Part shown: positions 19,124-28,498 of the stretch, piece after piece | Layout of the letters: each line of letters opens with the position of its first letter | Position numbering within the stretch: the stretch's first letter is position 1 | Origin: a virus | Lineage: Duplodnaviria; Caudoviricetes | Virus record (IMG/VR): IMGVR_UViG_3300032305_002440 | Location: 1-49,270 of that record | DNA: 49,270 bases | Direction: 5' to 3' (one strand) | Notes under the pieces: model-generated | The model's database searches: none | What the model was told of the DNA's origin: nothing | The model's input: only the letters and a program-made list of their open reading frames with translations | Made by a program: the position numbers and the translations under genes

Positions 19124-19808
19124 TTATCAAAAAATTTGTGTTTTCGATATGGAGACTGATGGATCCAATCCAGATGTCTGTAGTCCAGTTCAAATTGCTG
19201 CCGTTATTATAGATCCTCTTAGGTTAGAAATTATTCAAGACTCAGAGTTTAATGTGACTATCAAGCCAGAAAAACTGGAAGAAGATGATAGTTATACATA
19301 TTCAGACTCTGACATCCTAGAATTTCATTCTAAAGTAAGAGGATGCTCTAAAGATGATATTCTCACGACATGGAAAGAGTATACTCCACAAAACCAATCG
19401 TGGAAGCTGTTCTTATCATATCTAGAGAAATACCACATTAGATCTGATAAAAGATCTTGCTTCACTGCTCCTATAGCAGCAGGATATAATATCAATAGGT
19501 TTGATTTGCGTATTGTAGATAGACTCAGTAAAAAATACAATAATCTTAATAAAGAAGGCAGATCATCTTTATTTTATCCTAGAGATGTTATTGACGTGAT
19601 GAATGTTATATTCTATTGGTTTGAGTCAAACAACGAACTCAAAAACTATACTCTAGATAATCTTAGAGACTACCTAGGACTATCAAAAGAGGGTGCTCAT
19701 GATGCTCTAAAGGATGTTAAAGATACGGCAGAAATACTTATTAGATTTCTTAGACTTCACAGAAATCTTGGTAAGAAAGTTAAATTTAAAGGATCGTTTA
19801 CCAAATAA
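19116..19808 (+). CDS. DEDDh 3'-5' exonuclease (DnaQ/epsilon-like)
   Basis: VFDMETDG (ExoI), GYNINRFD (ExoII), AHDALKD (ExoIII). Confidence 0.88.
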   Translation: MPNYQKICVFDMETDGSNPDVCSPVQIAAVIIDPLRLEIIQDSEFNVTIKPEKLEEDDSYTYSDSDILEFHSKVRGCSKDDILTTWKEYTPQNQSWKLFLSYLEKYHIRSDKRSCFTAPIAAGYNINRFDLRIVDRLSKKYNNLNKEGRSSLFYPRDVIDVMNVIFYWFESNNELKNYTLDNLRDYLGLSKEGAHDALKDVKDTAEILIRFLRLHRNLGKKVKFKGSFTK

Positions 19809-19818
19809 ATCTTATTGT

Positions 19819-21441
19819 ATGTCAAGTTATTACTCGTTTGATTGTGGATGTAAATTCCCGGTAGCAGAGCAATCCTCTGTTCCTAAAATAATTTTTGATC
19901 CAAACATAGACAACATAAGTCTTTCTTGTTCTAGAACATGGGAACTTATATCAGAAGGAAATACCAAAGGATGTTTTCAGCTAGAGTCTAGGCTCGGCCA
20001 GTCTATGGCAAAGAAACTAAAGCCAGAAAATATAGAACAGCTATCTGCTCTTATTAGTATTCTGAGACCAGGATGCTTGGAGGCGTATAGAGATGGCAAA
20101 AGCGTATCTAATCATTATATAGATAGAAAAAATGGATTAGAAGCTATAGATTATTTTCATCCAGCACTAGAACCTATTCTGAAGGCAACGTATGGAGAGA
20201 TGTGTTTTCAAGAGCAGGCTATGGGAATAGCAAAGTCTATAGCAGGATTCGATCTTCAAGAAGCAGACGAACTCAGAAAAGCCATCGGTAAAAAACAGGC
20301 AGATAAAATGGCTAAAGTTAAAACACAGTTTATAGATGGTTGTGCAAGGATGTCTATCGTAACAACAGGGGAAGCTGAACAGATATTCGGATGGATTGAA
20401 AAAAGTCAAAGATATTTATTTAATGCTAGTCATGCAGTGTCTTATGCTATTAATGCTTATCTATCTGCTTATGCTAAGGCTCATTTCCCTAGAATATTTT
20501 TTGCATCATATTTAAGATATGCTAAGGATAAAATTGATCCACAGCAAGAAATTAAAGAACTGGTAAGAAATGCTGGTAGTATGTCTATTAATATAAGAAT
20601 ACCCGATCTTAGAAATATGAATGAGTTTTTCTATATTAAGAATAAAGAGATTTATTTTGGTCTTACAGATATTAAGTCTGTTGGTGCCTCAGTATATAAA
20701 AAATTACTAGAAATCTGTAAAGATAAAGACTTATCTACGTTGTCATGGTATGATATTCTGATAGATATTCTATTAAACATTAATTCTACAGCGGCTAAGG
20801 CTTTGATATCCTGCGGTGCTCTTGACTATAATAAAAAAACTAGAACAGAAATGTTATTTGAGCTAGATATAATCTCGTCTTTAACTAAGAAAGAGATAGA
20901 GAAAATTAATGAACTAAGAGCAAACAAAGAATATAAGAACTTGTCAGATATTCTAACAGAAATTTTGAACACATTCAAATTTACTGGAAAAAGAAAAGAA
21001 ACGATCAATAATCTTATTCATACGATCAAGCATCCTCCGTTCTCATTAGCTGACAAAATAGAGTGGATATCAGACTCTGAAAATAGTCTTCTAGGCGTGG
21101 CTCTGACATGCTCTAAACTAGATACATATGATACCACAATGGCGAACTGTGACTGTCAGACATTCAAAACATCCACTTACAATAAAAATATCATTATTGC
21201 TGGAGAGATTTCCTCCATCAATTTTATTAAAACCAAAAGAGGGAAAAATCCAGGACAGGAAATGGCGTTTATTGGCATAGAAGATTCTGTCGGAATATTA
21301 GATTCATTAATAATGTTTCCAGATCAACTAGTCGAATACAAGCATCATCTCTTTGAAGGAAATATCCTAGTATTTTTTGGAGATAAAACAAAAACAGGAG
21401 ATGGCTTAGTTGTGTCAAAGTGTTTTGAACCCATGACTTGA
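19819..21441 (+). CDS. dnaE: DNA polymerase III alpha, C-terminal part (fingers, HhH, OB fold)
   Basis: GNTKGCFQLES, LRPG, TYGEMCFQEQ, ADELRKAIGKK, FNASHAVSY, GLTDIKSVG, MAFIGIED; ATG 19819 avoids a long overlap. Confidence 0.88.
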   Translation: MSSYYSFDCGCKFPVAEQSSVPKIIFDPNIDNISLSCSRTWELISEGNTKGCFQLESRLGQSMAKKLKPENIEQLSALISILRPGCLEAYRDGKSVSNHYIDRKNGLEAIDYFHPALEPILKATYGEMCFQEQAMGIAKSIAGFDLQEADELRKAIGKKQADKMAKVKTQFIDGCARMSIVTTGEAEQIFGWIEKSQRYLFNASHAVSYAINAYLSAYAKAHFPRIFFASYLRYAKDKIDPQQEIKELVRNAGSMSINIRIPDLRNMNEFFYIKNKEIYFGLTDIKSVGASVYKKLLEICKDKDLSTLSWYDILIDILLNINSTAAKALISCGALDYNKKTRTEMLFELDIISSLTKKEIEKINELRANKEYKNLSDILTEILNTFKFTGKRKETINNLIHTIKHPPFSLADKIEWISDSENSLLGVALTCSKLDTYDTTMANCDCQTFKTSTYNKNIIIAGEISSINFIKTKRGKNPGQEMAFIGIEDSVGILDSLIMFPDQLVEYKHHLFEGNILVFFGDKTKTGDGLVVSKCFEPMT

Positions 21442-21465
21442 CACCCTAGGCTCCTGATATATAAT
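21438..21465 (+). promoter_or_regulatory. consensus sigma70 promoter for ssb
   Basis: TTGACA (21438-43), 16-nt spacer, TATAAT (21460-65). Confidence 0.75.
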
Positions 21466-21513
21466 AGTAATGTGACGGTTTGGTATTTTAAACACTTTAT
21501 GGAGATTAGAATT

Positions 21514-21891
21514 ATGAATATTGTTTTACTAAAGGGAAATCTTGCTAGGGATCCAGAGCTACGAGTTGTCGGAAGTGGGGATAAGCAAACTTCTGTTGTT
21601 AATTTTACTGTAGCAACATCTCGTGAGTATACAAAGAATAACGGAGAGAAGGACAAGATTACTTCCTTTATCAATTGCGAAGCTTGGGATTCTGGTGCCG
21701 AAGTGATTGGCGAGTCGTTTAAGAAGGGTGATCTGGTCTTGATCGAAGGATCATTGCGTAATGATTCGTGGGAAAAGGATGGAGTCAAGCATAATACTCT
21801 CAAGGTTAGAGTAAATAATTTTTCCAAGATTACAAAGCTATCTAGGGCAACAGCTAAGGATTCTGATAGTAAAGAAGCTGTCGCATTCTGA
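21514..21891 (+). CDS. ssb: single-stranded DNA-binding protein
   Basis: MNIVLLKGNLARDPELR, FTVAT, FINCEAW, KKGDLVLIEGSL; GGAG at 21501-04. Confidence 0.93.
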   Translation: MNIVLLKGNLARDPELRVVGSGDKQTSVVNFTVATSREYTKNNGEKDKITSFINCEAWDSGAEVIGESFKKGDLVLIEGSLRNDSWEKDGVKHNTLKVRVNNFSKITKLSRATAKDSDSKEAVAF

Positions 21892-21921
21892 ATATAGTGG
21901 TCATGTAAGACCAATAAGATC

Positions 21922-21947
21922 GGGGGTCGCTCAAGACCCCCTTTTTT
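21922..21947 (+). terminator. intrinsic terminator after ssb
   Basis: GGGGGTC-GCTCAA-GACCCCC followed by TTTTTT. Confidence 0.9.
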
Positions 21948-21994
21948 ATATCTTTTTTACACGGACAAGACAAGATAAGATAATTATAGCATCC

Positions 21995-23659
21995 ATGATT
22001 ACAAATAATAAAAAACTTAAGATATTAATGTGTTCAGAAGCCAGTTTTTTAAGTTCTGGTTTTGGTGTTTATGCAAAAGAGATACTGTCTAGGCTCTACG
22101 ATACTGGAAAATATGAGATTGCAGAATTTGCATCTTACGGATTTGTTAATGATCCCAGAGATACATCCATAAGATGGAGATACTATGCCAATGCTGTTAA
22201 ATCAGAAGATCCAAGATACAAAGAGTATATGTCCAGAGCAGACAATCAATTTGGAAGATGGCGTTTTGAAAAGGTTCTGTTAGATTTTAAGCCAGATGTG
22301 GTTATAGACGTAAGAGACTATTGGATGAATTCTTATCAGAGATTGTCTCCACTAAGAAGATTTTTCCATTGGATCCTTATGCCAACCGTAGACTCTGCAC
22401 CACAGCAAGAAGAATGGATTGATACCTTTTTATCTGCTGATAGTATTTTTACATATTCTGACTGGGGTGCTGATGTTTTAAAGAAACAGTCCCATAATAA
22501 AATCAACTATATAGATACAGCTTCTCCGGGCGTTGATCTTTTAACATTCAAACCACTTACCGCTCAAGACAAAGAGATTACGAGAAAATCTCTAGGAATT
22601 CCCGATAATGCTTTTGTTATCGGCTCTGTTATGAGAAATCAAAAGCGTAAACTTATACCAGAATTGTTTAATGTTCTTGGCTCTATTCTAAATGATGATA
22701 AAATCTCAGACGATCTGAAAAATAATATATACCTATATCTGCATACAAGCTATCCAGATGCCGGTTGGGATCTTCCACAAATACTTAAAGAATACGGATG
22801 TATCAACAGAGTACTATTCTCTTATATCTGTCAAAAGTGTGGTTTTATAAAGGCAAGTCCATTTGTTGGTCCAACAAAAGCCTGTCCTAAATGTATAGAA
22901 AAAAGCATGTCTCTTTCGTCTGTCACGAACGGAGCATCTACCAAAGACCTTGCACAGATCTACAACACGTTCGATCTATATGTACAATATTCTATTTGCG
23001 AAGGTTTTGGGATGCCACAAGTTGAGGCTGCGTCCTGTGGTATTCCTGTAGCTACAGTTAATTATAGTGCTATGTGTGATATTATTAAGAAACTAGAAGC
23101 GCATCCAGTGCCGATAGCAACATATTTTAAAGAATTAGAAACACAAGCCCTAAGAACATATCCAGACAATAACGATTTAATAAACTATATAGTGGATTTT
23201 TATAGCAGAAATGATAAAGAATTTTTGTCTAAAAAAATTAGAGCACTAACGGAGTTGCATTATAATTGGGATGACATAGCCAAAAAATGGGAACGATATC
23301 TAGACAATCTATCTATGACTCATGAATCCAAATGGAATGATCCTTCCAACATCATGAAGAAAATAGATCCTACCGCTACTAGTAGTATGTCTAATGTAGA
23401 TATCATAAAATACATATTTGATCAACATCTTAATGAAGATATATTTTGCATAGATAAGACAGCTTTAGAAATGCTCAAACAAGCTGATTATGGCTTTACT
23501 ATTAATGGCATGAGCATAGTTGGATATGAGAAAAAAGATATCGTGGAATATTTTAACACTATCATAGACAATAATAACCAAGCAGAATATGCTCGTATTA
23601 ATCATTTAAAATTTAATGACGACTATATTGAATACGCAAATATTAAAGACAGAAAATGA
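21995..23659 (+). CDS. GT-B (GT4-like) glycosyltransferase with Cys4 insertion
   Basis: SGFGVY, PGVDLLTFKP, RNQKRKLIP, EGFGMPQVEAASCGIPV; CQKC...CPKC insert. Confidence 0.85.
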   Translation: MITNNKKLKILMCSEASFLSSGFGVYAKEILSRLYDTGKYEIAEFASYGFVNDPRDTSIRWRYYANAVKSEDPRYKEYMSRADNQFGRWRFEKVLLDFKPDVVIDVRDYWMNSYQRLSPLRRFFHWILMPTVDSAPQQEEWIDTFLSADSIFTYSDWGADVLKKQSHNKINYIDTASPGVDLLTFKPLTAQDKEITRKSLGIPDNAFVIGSVMRNQKRKLIPELFNVLGSILNDDKISDDLKNNIYLYLHTSYPDAGWDLPQILKEYGCINRVLFSYICQKCGFIKASPFVGPTKACPKCIEKSMSLSSVTNGASTKDLAQIYNTFDLYVQYSICEGFGMPQVEAASCGIPVATVNYSAMCDIIKKLEAHPVPIATYFKELETQALRTYPDNNDLINYIVDFYSRNDKEFLSKKIRALTELHYNWDDIAKKWERYLDNLSMTHESKWNDPSNIMKKIDPTATSSMSNVDIIKYIFDQHLNEDIFCIDKTALEMLKQADYGFTINGMSIVGYEKKDIVEYFNTIIDNNNQAEYARINHLKFNDDYIEYANIKDRK

Positions 23660-24672
23660 ATAACAACAAAAAAAATATACTCTATTTAGGGCCTTACAAA
23701 CAAGTTAATTATCTTGGTCAATGCTCTCTAAGAAATCTATATGAAATACTACAGTTAGAATCTGTAAATGTTGTTTCAAAGCACATATCTGTAGACAACT
23801 CTGATGTATTAGATACCTCTCATATAATACCAAAACACCACGAATCTATAGACAATGTTTCTGGTATAGATATGATTATCCAAAATCTTCCTACAAGTTT
23901 TATTTCGTCAAACTTTTATGCTAAAAATGTAGCTATACCCTTTGTCGATCCATATATTGATTATTCTAATTCAAATATGTTTTCTCATTTTGATATGGTT
24001 TTGATTGATGATCAGTATTCGAGAGACAAAATAAAAAATAAACATACTAAAATAGAAATATACGATCAACAACCGCCCATTATTTTAAATAGCTGCAATA
24101 CAGAAAAATATAGCTTAGGAGCATACAGCAATTTGTATAAATTTGGCTTTATTGCTAATTATCAGAAAGAAGTGACTTTCTTACAAAAGCTTATACAGTC
24201 TTTTCTAGTCACTTTCAGAGCCAGTAATAAGGTGTCACTGTACCTGCTTGTTACTGCAACAGATCAAGAGAAAGCAGAATTAGAATCTTCATATGAAGAT
24301 ATAAAAAAATCCCTCAGCATGATCGGTTACGACAAGATAGTATTCATGTATAATAATTGTGACCATATGGATTCTATAAGATTCTTAAACTCTCTCGATT
24401 GTTATATTTCATTGAATTCATATACTAAATATAGCATGTATGAAAAATATTGTACACAAATAAATCGTTCTTATATTACTCATAAAGATATAAGTTCTTT
24501 AAATATGCCGATTATGCCAACAAAAACGGTTACTGATCTTAAAAGCAAATATTGCTCACCAACATCTGACAGTGTTTCGCAAGCCTTGACACAATCACTC
24601 AATAAGCAGATATATCGTAAGAATAAAAATACCAACCAGACACTATCTAACCTTATATGCAAACTAATCTAA
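23656..24672 (+). CDS. divergent glycosyltransferase-like protein
   Basis: NILYLGPY, YKFGFIA, LIQSFLVTF...VSLYL, LDCYIS resemble phage GT-B proteins; no E-G-F-G motif. Confidence 0.45.
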   Translation: MNNNKKNILYLGPYKQVNYLGQCSLRNLYEILQLESVNVVSKHISVDNSDVLDTSHIIPKHHESIDNVSGIDMIIQNLPTSFISSNFYAKNVAIPFVDPYIDYSNSNMFSHFDMVLIDDQYSRDKIKNKHTKIEIYDQQPPIILNSCNTEKYSLGAYSNLYKFGFIANYQKEVTFLQKLIQSFLVTFRASNKVSLYLLVTATDQEKAELESSYEDIKKSLSMIGYDKIVFMYNNCDHMDSIRFLNSLDCYISLNSYTKYSMYEKYCTQINRSYITHKDISSLNMPIMPTKTVTDLKSKYCSPTSDSVSQALTQSLNKQIYRKNKNTNQTLSNLICKLI

Positions 24673-25502
24673 TTACATCAAACATTATTGACAGAATATA
24701 TAAGAACATTAATAAATATCCTGCAAATATAATTTATTTGGACAATGGTTCTTTATTTGATAGAGTTTTTACTGAGTCTTTACCTCATAATGTTTTTGTT
24801 CATAAAAGCATTCCTGACGTTGATTTTAATTTGACCACATATGATCTGTGCATCTCTTCAGATCCTATTTATTATTCACAGAATCAGTCAGTGATTAATG
24901 CACTACAGATTCCTGCTATGATTCTGGTCCATAATAATCCAATAAGTACCATTAAAAAAGAAGACAAGTTTTTAGTAGGGAAATATCTCAATAATACAAA
25001 AAAGATATTTTTTGATATAGACATAGCCAATAACTGGGCAATAGGATACGATGCTATTATAGAATACGGATTTCCCGATATAAGCACAGAAACTATAAAC
25101 GATAAGAAGTCATCTGTGATTGTTCTAAATACAAATAATTCGAAACAAATAAAAATACTACATCAAGTTATCAAAACTAAATATAACGACTGTAGTATGA
25201 TTTCATATACTGATTTTAGTAATACTGACGACATAATAAAAGAAATATCGAAATATAAGATAGCCGTATCAATACAAAATACTTATGATAGTATAATGTG
25301 TGATTTGGCGGGATGCTACACTATTACAACACAGCCAAGTAAATATGTTGATTTCTCTATAGTTTCTGATTTTAATAAAATAGATTCTATAATTTCAGAA
25401 CAACTAACAACAGAACGTCAACGCAAATACAATATTTTTAGAAACACTAAAGATATGATTCTAGACATAAACAATATTATACACAACCATAGACTATCAT
25501 GA
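24657..25502 (+). CDS. hypothetical protein, possibly degenerate GT-B
   Basis: YDLCIS, IIEYGFP, ISKYKIAV, DLAGCYTIT weakly GT-B-like; cluster context. Confidence 0.35.
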   Translation: MQTNLITSNIIDRIYKNINKYPANIIYLDNGSLFDRVFTESLPHNVFVHKSIPDVDFNLTTYDLCISSDPIYYSQNQSVINALQIPAMILVHNNPISTIKKEDKFLVGKYLNNTKKIFFDIDIANNWAIGYDAIIEYGFPDISTETINDKKSSVIVLNTNNSKQIKILHQVIKTKYNDCSMISYTDFSNTDDIIKEISKYKIAVSIQNTYDSIMCDLAGCYTITTQPSKYVDFSIVSDFNKIDSIISEQLTTERQRKYNIFRNTKDMILDINNIIHNHRLS

Positions 25503-25924
25503 ATACGCTAATAAATATTACCTTAAATAACGAAACCAAAAATGGTTTTCAAAATGTTCATATCAATGAAATACATAATATTCCAGATTATTCTGTTGAC
25601 ATATTGACATTCTCAGAGATAAAGTCTATCAAATACAGTTCGTGCGAACAAGTCATTTCTATACTATTTAGTAAAATAAGACCACAAACTGGAATATGCA
25701 TATTGGAAATAATGGATATACATAGTATTTGTGAATTATATATTAACAAAATGATAGATTCTTCTAGTATGTCAGATATAGTTGCTGGCATACAAAATGT
25801 ATTTAGTACAACAGAAATAAAGACTTTTGTTGAGAAGTCAAATAATGTATTCTCAATACTTAAAATCGAAAATAATGCAGATCAAAATAAAATATTGATT
25901 ACAATTAAAAGGAATACTGTATGA
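25499..25924 (+). CDS. hypothetical protein, possible minimal methyltransferase-like fold
   Basis: IPDYSVDIL...KIRPQTGICILE resembles SAM-MTase motifs; no Gly-rich motif I. Confidence 0.35.
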   Translation: MNTLINITLNNETKNGFQNVHINEIHNIPDYSVDILTFSEIKSIKYSSCEQVISILFSKIRPQTGICILEIMDIHSICELYINKMIDSSSMSDIVAGIQNVFSTTEIKTFVEKSNNVFSILKIENNADQNKILITIKRNTV

Positions 25925-26664
25925 AAACATTGTGTAGTAAATGTATATTTGCTGATAATTTTGATGCTTCCGAACCTTGTGCTATGAATATTGTTGAGAG
26001 AGTACGGGGCACGCATAGTATTGAAACAGACGGCGATGGCTTTAATATAATCAATGACTATAGATGCCTATATGGTTTTGATCTCGTCACATATGACAAA
26101 AACAAAGAGCAAATCGGAGGATTAGATAAACTCACCGCAGAGATCTATAGAAGATGTGAAGTTCCATATTATATGGTGCTATTTGCTACAGAAGCTTCTT
26201 TGGATCATCTGATAGCAAATATCAAAAACCTCAGCATCAAACCTAAATACCTGTCTGTCATCTTATTTTCTAGTAATAATACATCTCTAATTATAGATAA
26301 ACTCAAGACAGAACTAACGGACTTCTGTGAATGGAAATTACATAATTTTTTGGATGAAGAGCCAAAAGAAAAAGCACTAAATATAGTGTTCGATACAAAC
26401 AAAAATAAGAATAATTCAGAATACGCTTGGATCATTGACTCAGAAATGGTGCAAGATTTAGATAAACAGATAGCAGACATAAATGAGATTATGACTATCA
26501 CAAAACCAAAAGCCCATATGCTATGTAGAACAAAAAACTTCTCATTAGATGGTCTTTTTATATCTTTCACTAACCTTAGAAGTCTTTGCAGAGAAAATGA
26601 GCGTCTAATATCAGAAGGCATCAAATCTAATTCCAGTGAAATACTAATATCTAATTATTGCTAA
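25921..26664 (+). CDS. hypothetical protein with Cys-rich N-terminus
   Basis: CSKCIFA...C...C; ATGA overlap with upstream gene. Confidence 0.55.
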   Translation: MKTLCSKCIFADNFDASEPCAMNIVERVRGTHSIETDGDGFNIINDYRCLYGFDLVTYDKNKEQIGGLDKLTAEIYRRCEVPYYMVLFATEASLDHLIANIKNLSIKPKYLSVILFSSNNTSLIIDKLKTELTDFCEWKLHNFLDEEPKEKALNIVFDTNKNKNNSEYAWIIDSEMVQDLDKQIADINEIMTITKPKAHMLCRTKNFSLDGLFISFTNLRSLCRENERLISEGIKSNSSEILISNYC

Positions 26665-26668
26665 TATT

Positions 26669-27346
26669 ATGAATGTAGTTATCCTTGCCCCAGAAATTAC
26701 TAAAGGAATGAAGTCTATTGGCTCTAAGGCTTTATTAAAAATTAAGCAATCCATGAGTGTCATAGACTATCAAATTCATGAAATTAAAAAATACAGCAGT
26801 CAAACCAAAATAAGTATAGTTTCGGGATTTGAGCATGATAAGATTCATAAGCTATATAATCATAGCAAAAATATAGAAGTAATATACAATACGAGCTATG
26901 CTAATACAAATCATGGAGCCTCCTTATCTGTATTTTTAGAGTCTAAGGCATCTACCACAGATAATAATTTACTCGTTATAACAAACGGGATACTGTTTAA
27001 AAATAATCCATTTAAGCTCAAGAATAATCACAAATCAATCTCTCAGATATACTGTATCAATAAACCTAAAAATAATTTTGACATAGGATATATCGGAGAG
27101 TCTTCAGTTGAGTATTTATTCTTTGATCTTCCAAACAAATGGACAGAATGCGTTATGTTTGATCCAGAATCTTTGAACTTAATTAAGTCCATAGACAAAC
27201 AAAAGATATCTCAAATGTATTTGTTCGAAATTATTAATCTATTGATAGAGAGAAAACTGAAGTTTGATATTATAACAACAGATAAGAAAAACTTCATGAA
27301 AATTAACAATGTAAAAGACATCCCTAGAGCAAAGGTCTTTATATGA
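26669..27346 (+). CDS. sugar-phosphate nucleotidyltransferase-like protein
   Basis: VVILAPEITKGMKSIGSKALLKI, IVSGF, IYNTSYANTN, KINNVKDI match the NTP-transferase layout; glycine motif altered. Confidence 0.65.
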   Translation: MNVVILAPEITKGMKSIGSKALLKIKQSMSVIDYQIHEIKKYSSQTKISIVSGFEHDKIHKLYNHSKNIEVIYNTSYANTNHGASLSVFLESKASTTDNNLLVITNGILFKNNPFKLKNNHKSISQIYCINKPKNNFDIGYIGESSVEYLFFDLPNKWTECVMFDPESLNLIKSIDKQKISQMYLFEIINLLIERKLKFDIITTDKKNFMKINNVKDIPRAKVFI

Positions 27347-28023
27347 TAGTACAAAGAAATTCTTCTAAATTAAGTAAAACAATTTCGGCTTATATTAACC
27401 AAAATATCTCTTGTCCCATTAAGCTAATAGATATAAAAAACGACATATATAAAATTCAATTCTTAAATCAACAATTAAAGCGTTATCTGTTCTATGCCTC
27501 AAGTCTAAACAACTCTATTCTGTCTTTTATTAACGAGTATTCTAAACAATACAGTATTTATATCTATCACGATATCAAAATTCCATACAGCAATATATTA
27601 GACAATTGTTACCACTTACTAACATCCAGTAAAGACACATCTAGTTATAATCAATCAATTTTTGTGGGACACATTCTTAACAATATTACATTTGCTCCTT
27701 TGACGAAGAATAGTCCTCAACACACATTCCAGAGCATCTCGTTTTTAAATGATCATCATCCAGTCTCAGACGGTATGCATCAGATATTCGACGAGCAAAA
27801 CACTGTTGTATTTGACAGTCCTCATCCCAGTGTTTATAATCTTGGAACCACAACCGAAGAAGAAAAAAACAATCTGTTGAATAATACCAAGAAGTACATC
27901 AATATTACCAATGAATATATGCCAGAAGCAAATCTTCTAGGCTGTAAAATATTAGACTTAAATTCCTATGACAATTCTGGTATAGATATACATCATTTTA
28001 TTTCAGATATATTAAAGATTTGA
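27343..28023 (+). CDS. hypothetical protein, possibly degenerate GT-B
   Basis: NLGTTTEEEKNNLLN...EANLLGCKIL resembles a GT-B C-terminal motif. Confidence 0.35.
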   Translation: MIVQRNSSKLSKTISAYINQNISCPIKLIDIKNDIYKIQFLNQQLKRYLFYASSLNNSILSFINEYSKQYSIYIYHDIKIPYSNILDNCYHLLTSSKDTSSYNQSIFVGHILNNITFAPLTKNSPQHTFQSISFLNDHHPVSDGMHQIFDEQNTVVFDSPHPSVYNLGTTTEEEKNNLLNNTKKYINITNEYMPEANLLGCKILDLNSYDNSGIDIHHFISDILKI

Positions 28024-28036
28024 GAAACTAATTAAT

Positions 28037-28498
28037 ATGAGACATAACTTAGCTTTTATCGTAAAAGAACTTAAGAATGATAGTTTTAGCACTTCTGTGA
28101 TAAAGACAGTAGATGAATTCATTAGGAACAGACCACTAGACAATATCTGTGTTTTTACAGGTTCTTGCGAATCTTTGAATACTGCGATGGTACCGGTATT
28201 ACATATTAGCCATGCTTCATATTTTGATTCTAAAGTCATAGCACTAGATTTTGAATCTTTAATATTCAGTTCTGTATTCATACAAAAAAAAGACATAGTA
28301 TATTATGCAACTAAAACTCCGTGGTCTGACAAGATATACAAATATAGCGAGTTAAGTAAATTGTTTGATCAAAATAATATTTCTCAAATTATTTGCCCTG
28401 ATGATAAAATTGCCAAACACTATCATAAATTTTTTAAACAGAATACATCCGTCATCAATGATCTAACCTATAGTGAATTATATGAAAAAATACAGTGA
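28037..28498 (+). CDS. hypothetical protein
   Basis: 153-aa ORF in the same tightly packed run. Confidence 0.55.
   Translation: MRHNLAFIVKELKNDSFSTSVIKTVDEFIRNRPLDNICVFTGSCESLNTAMVPVLHISHASYFDSKVIALDFESLIFSSVFIQKKDIVYYATKTPWSDKIYKYSELSKLFDQNNISQIICPDDKIAKHYHKFFKQNTSVINDLTYSELYEKIQ

Noticed and set aside
19714-19818. Longer N-terminus of dnaE-C
   Set aside because: It overlaps the exonuclease gene by 95 nt and shows no DnaE-like sequence; ATG 19819 fits better.
18900-19900. Split intein joining the DnaE halves
   Set aside because: No intein N-terminal block after DnaE-N and no HN-C/S/T junction in DnaE-C were visible by eye; an HMM search is still advisable.
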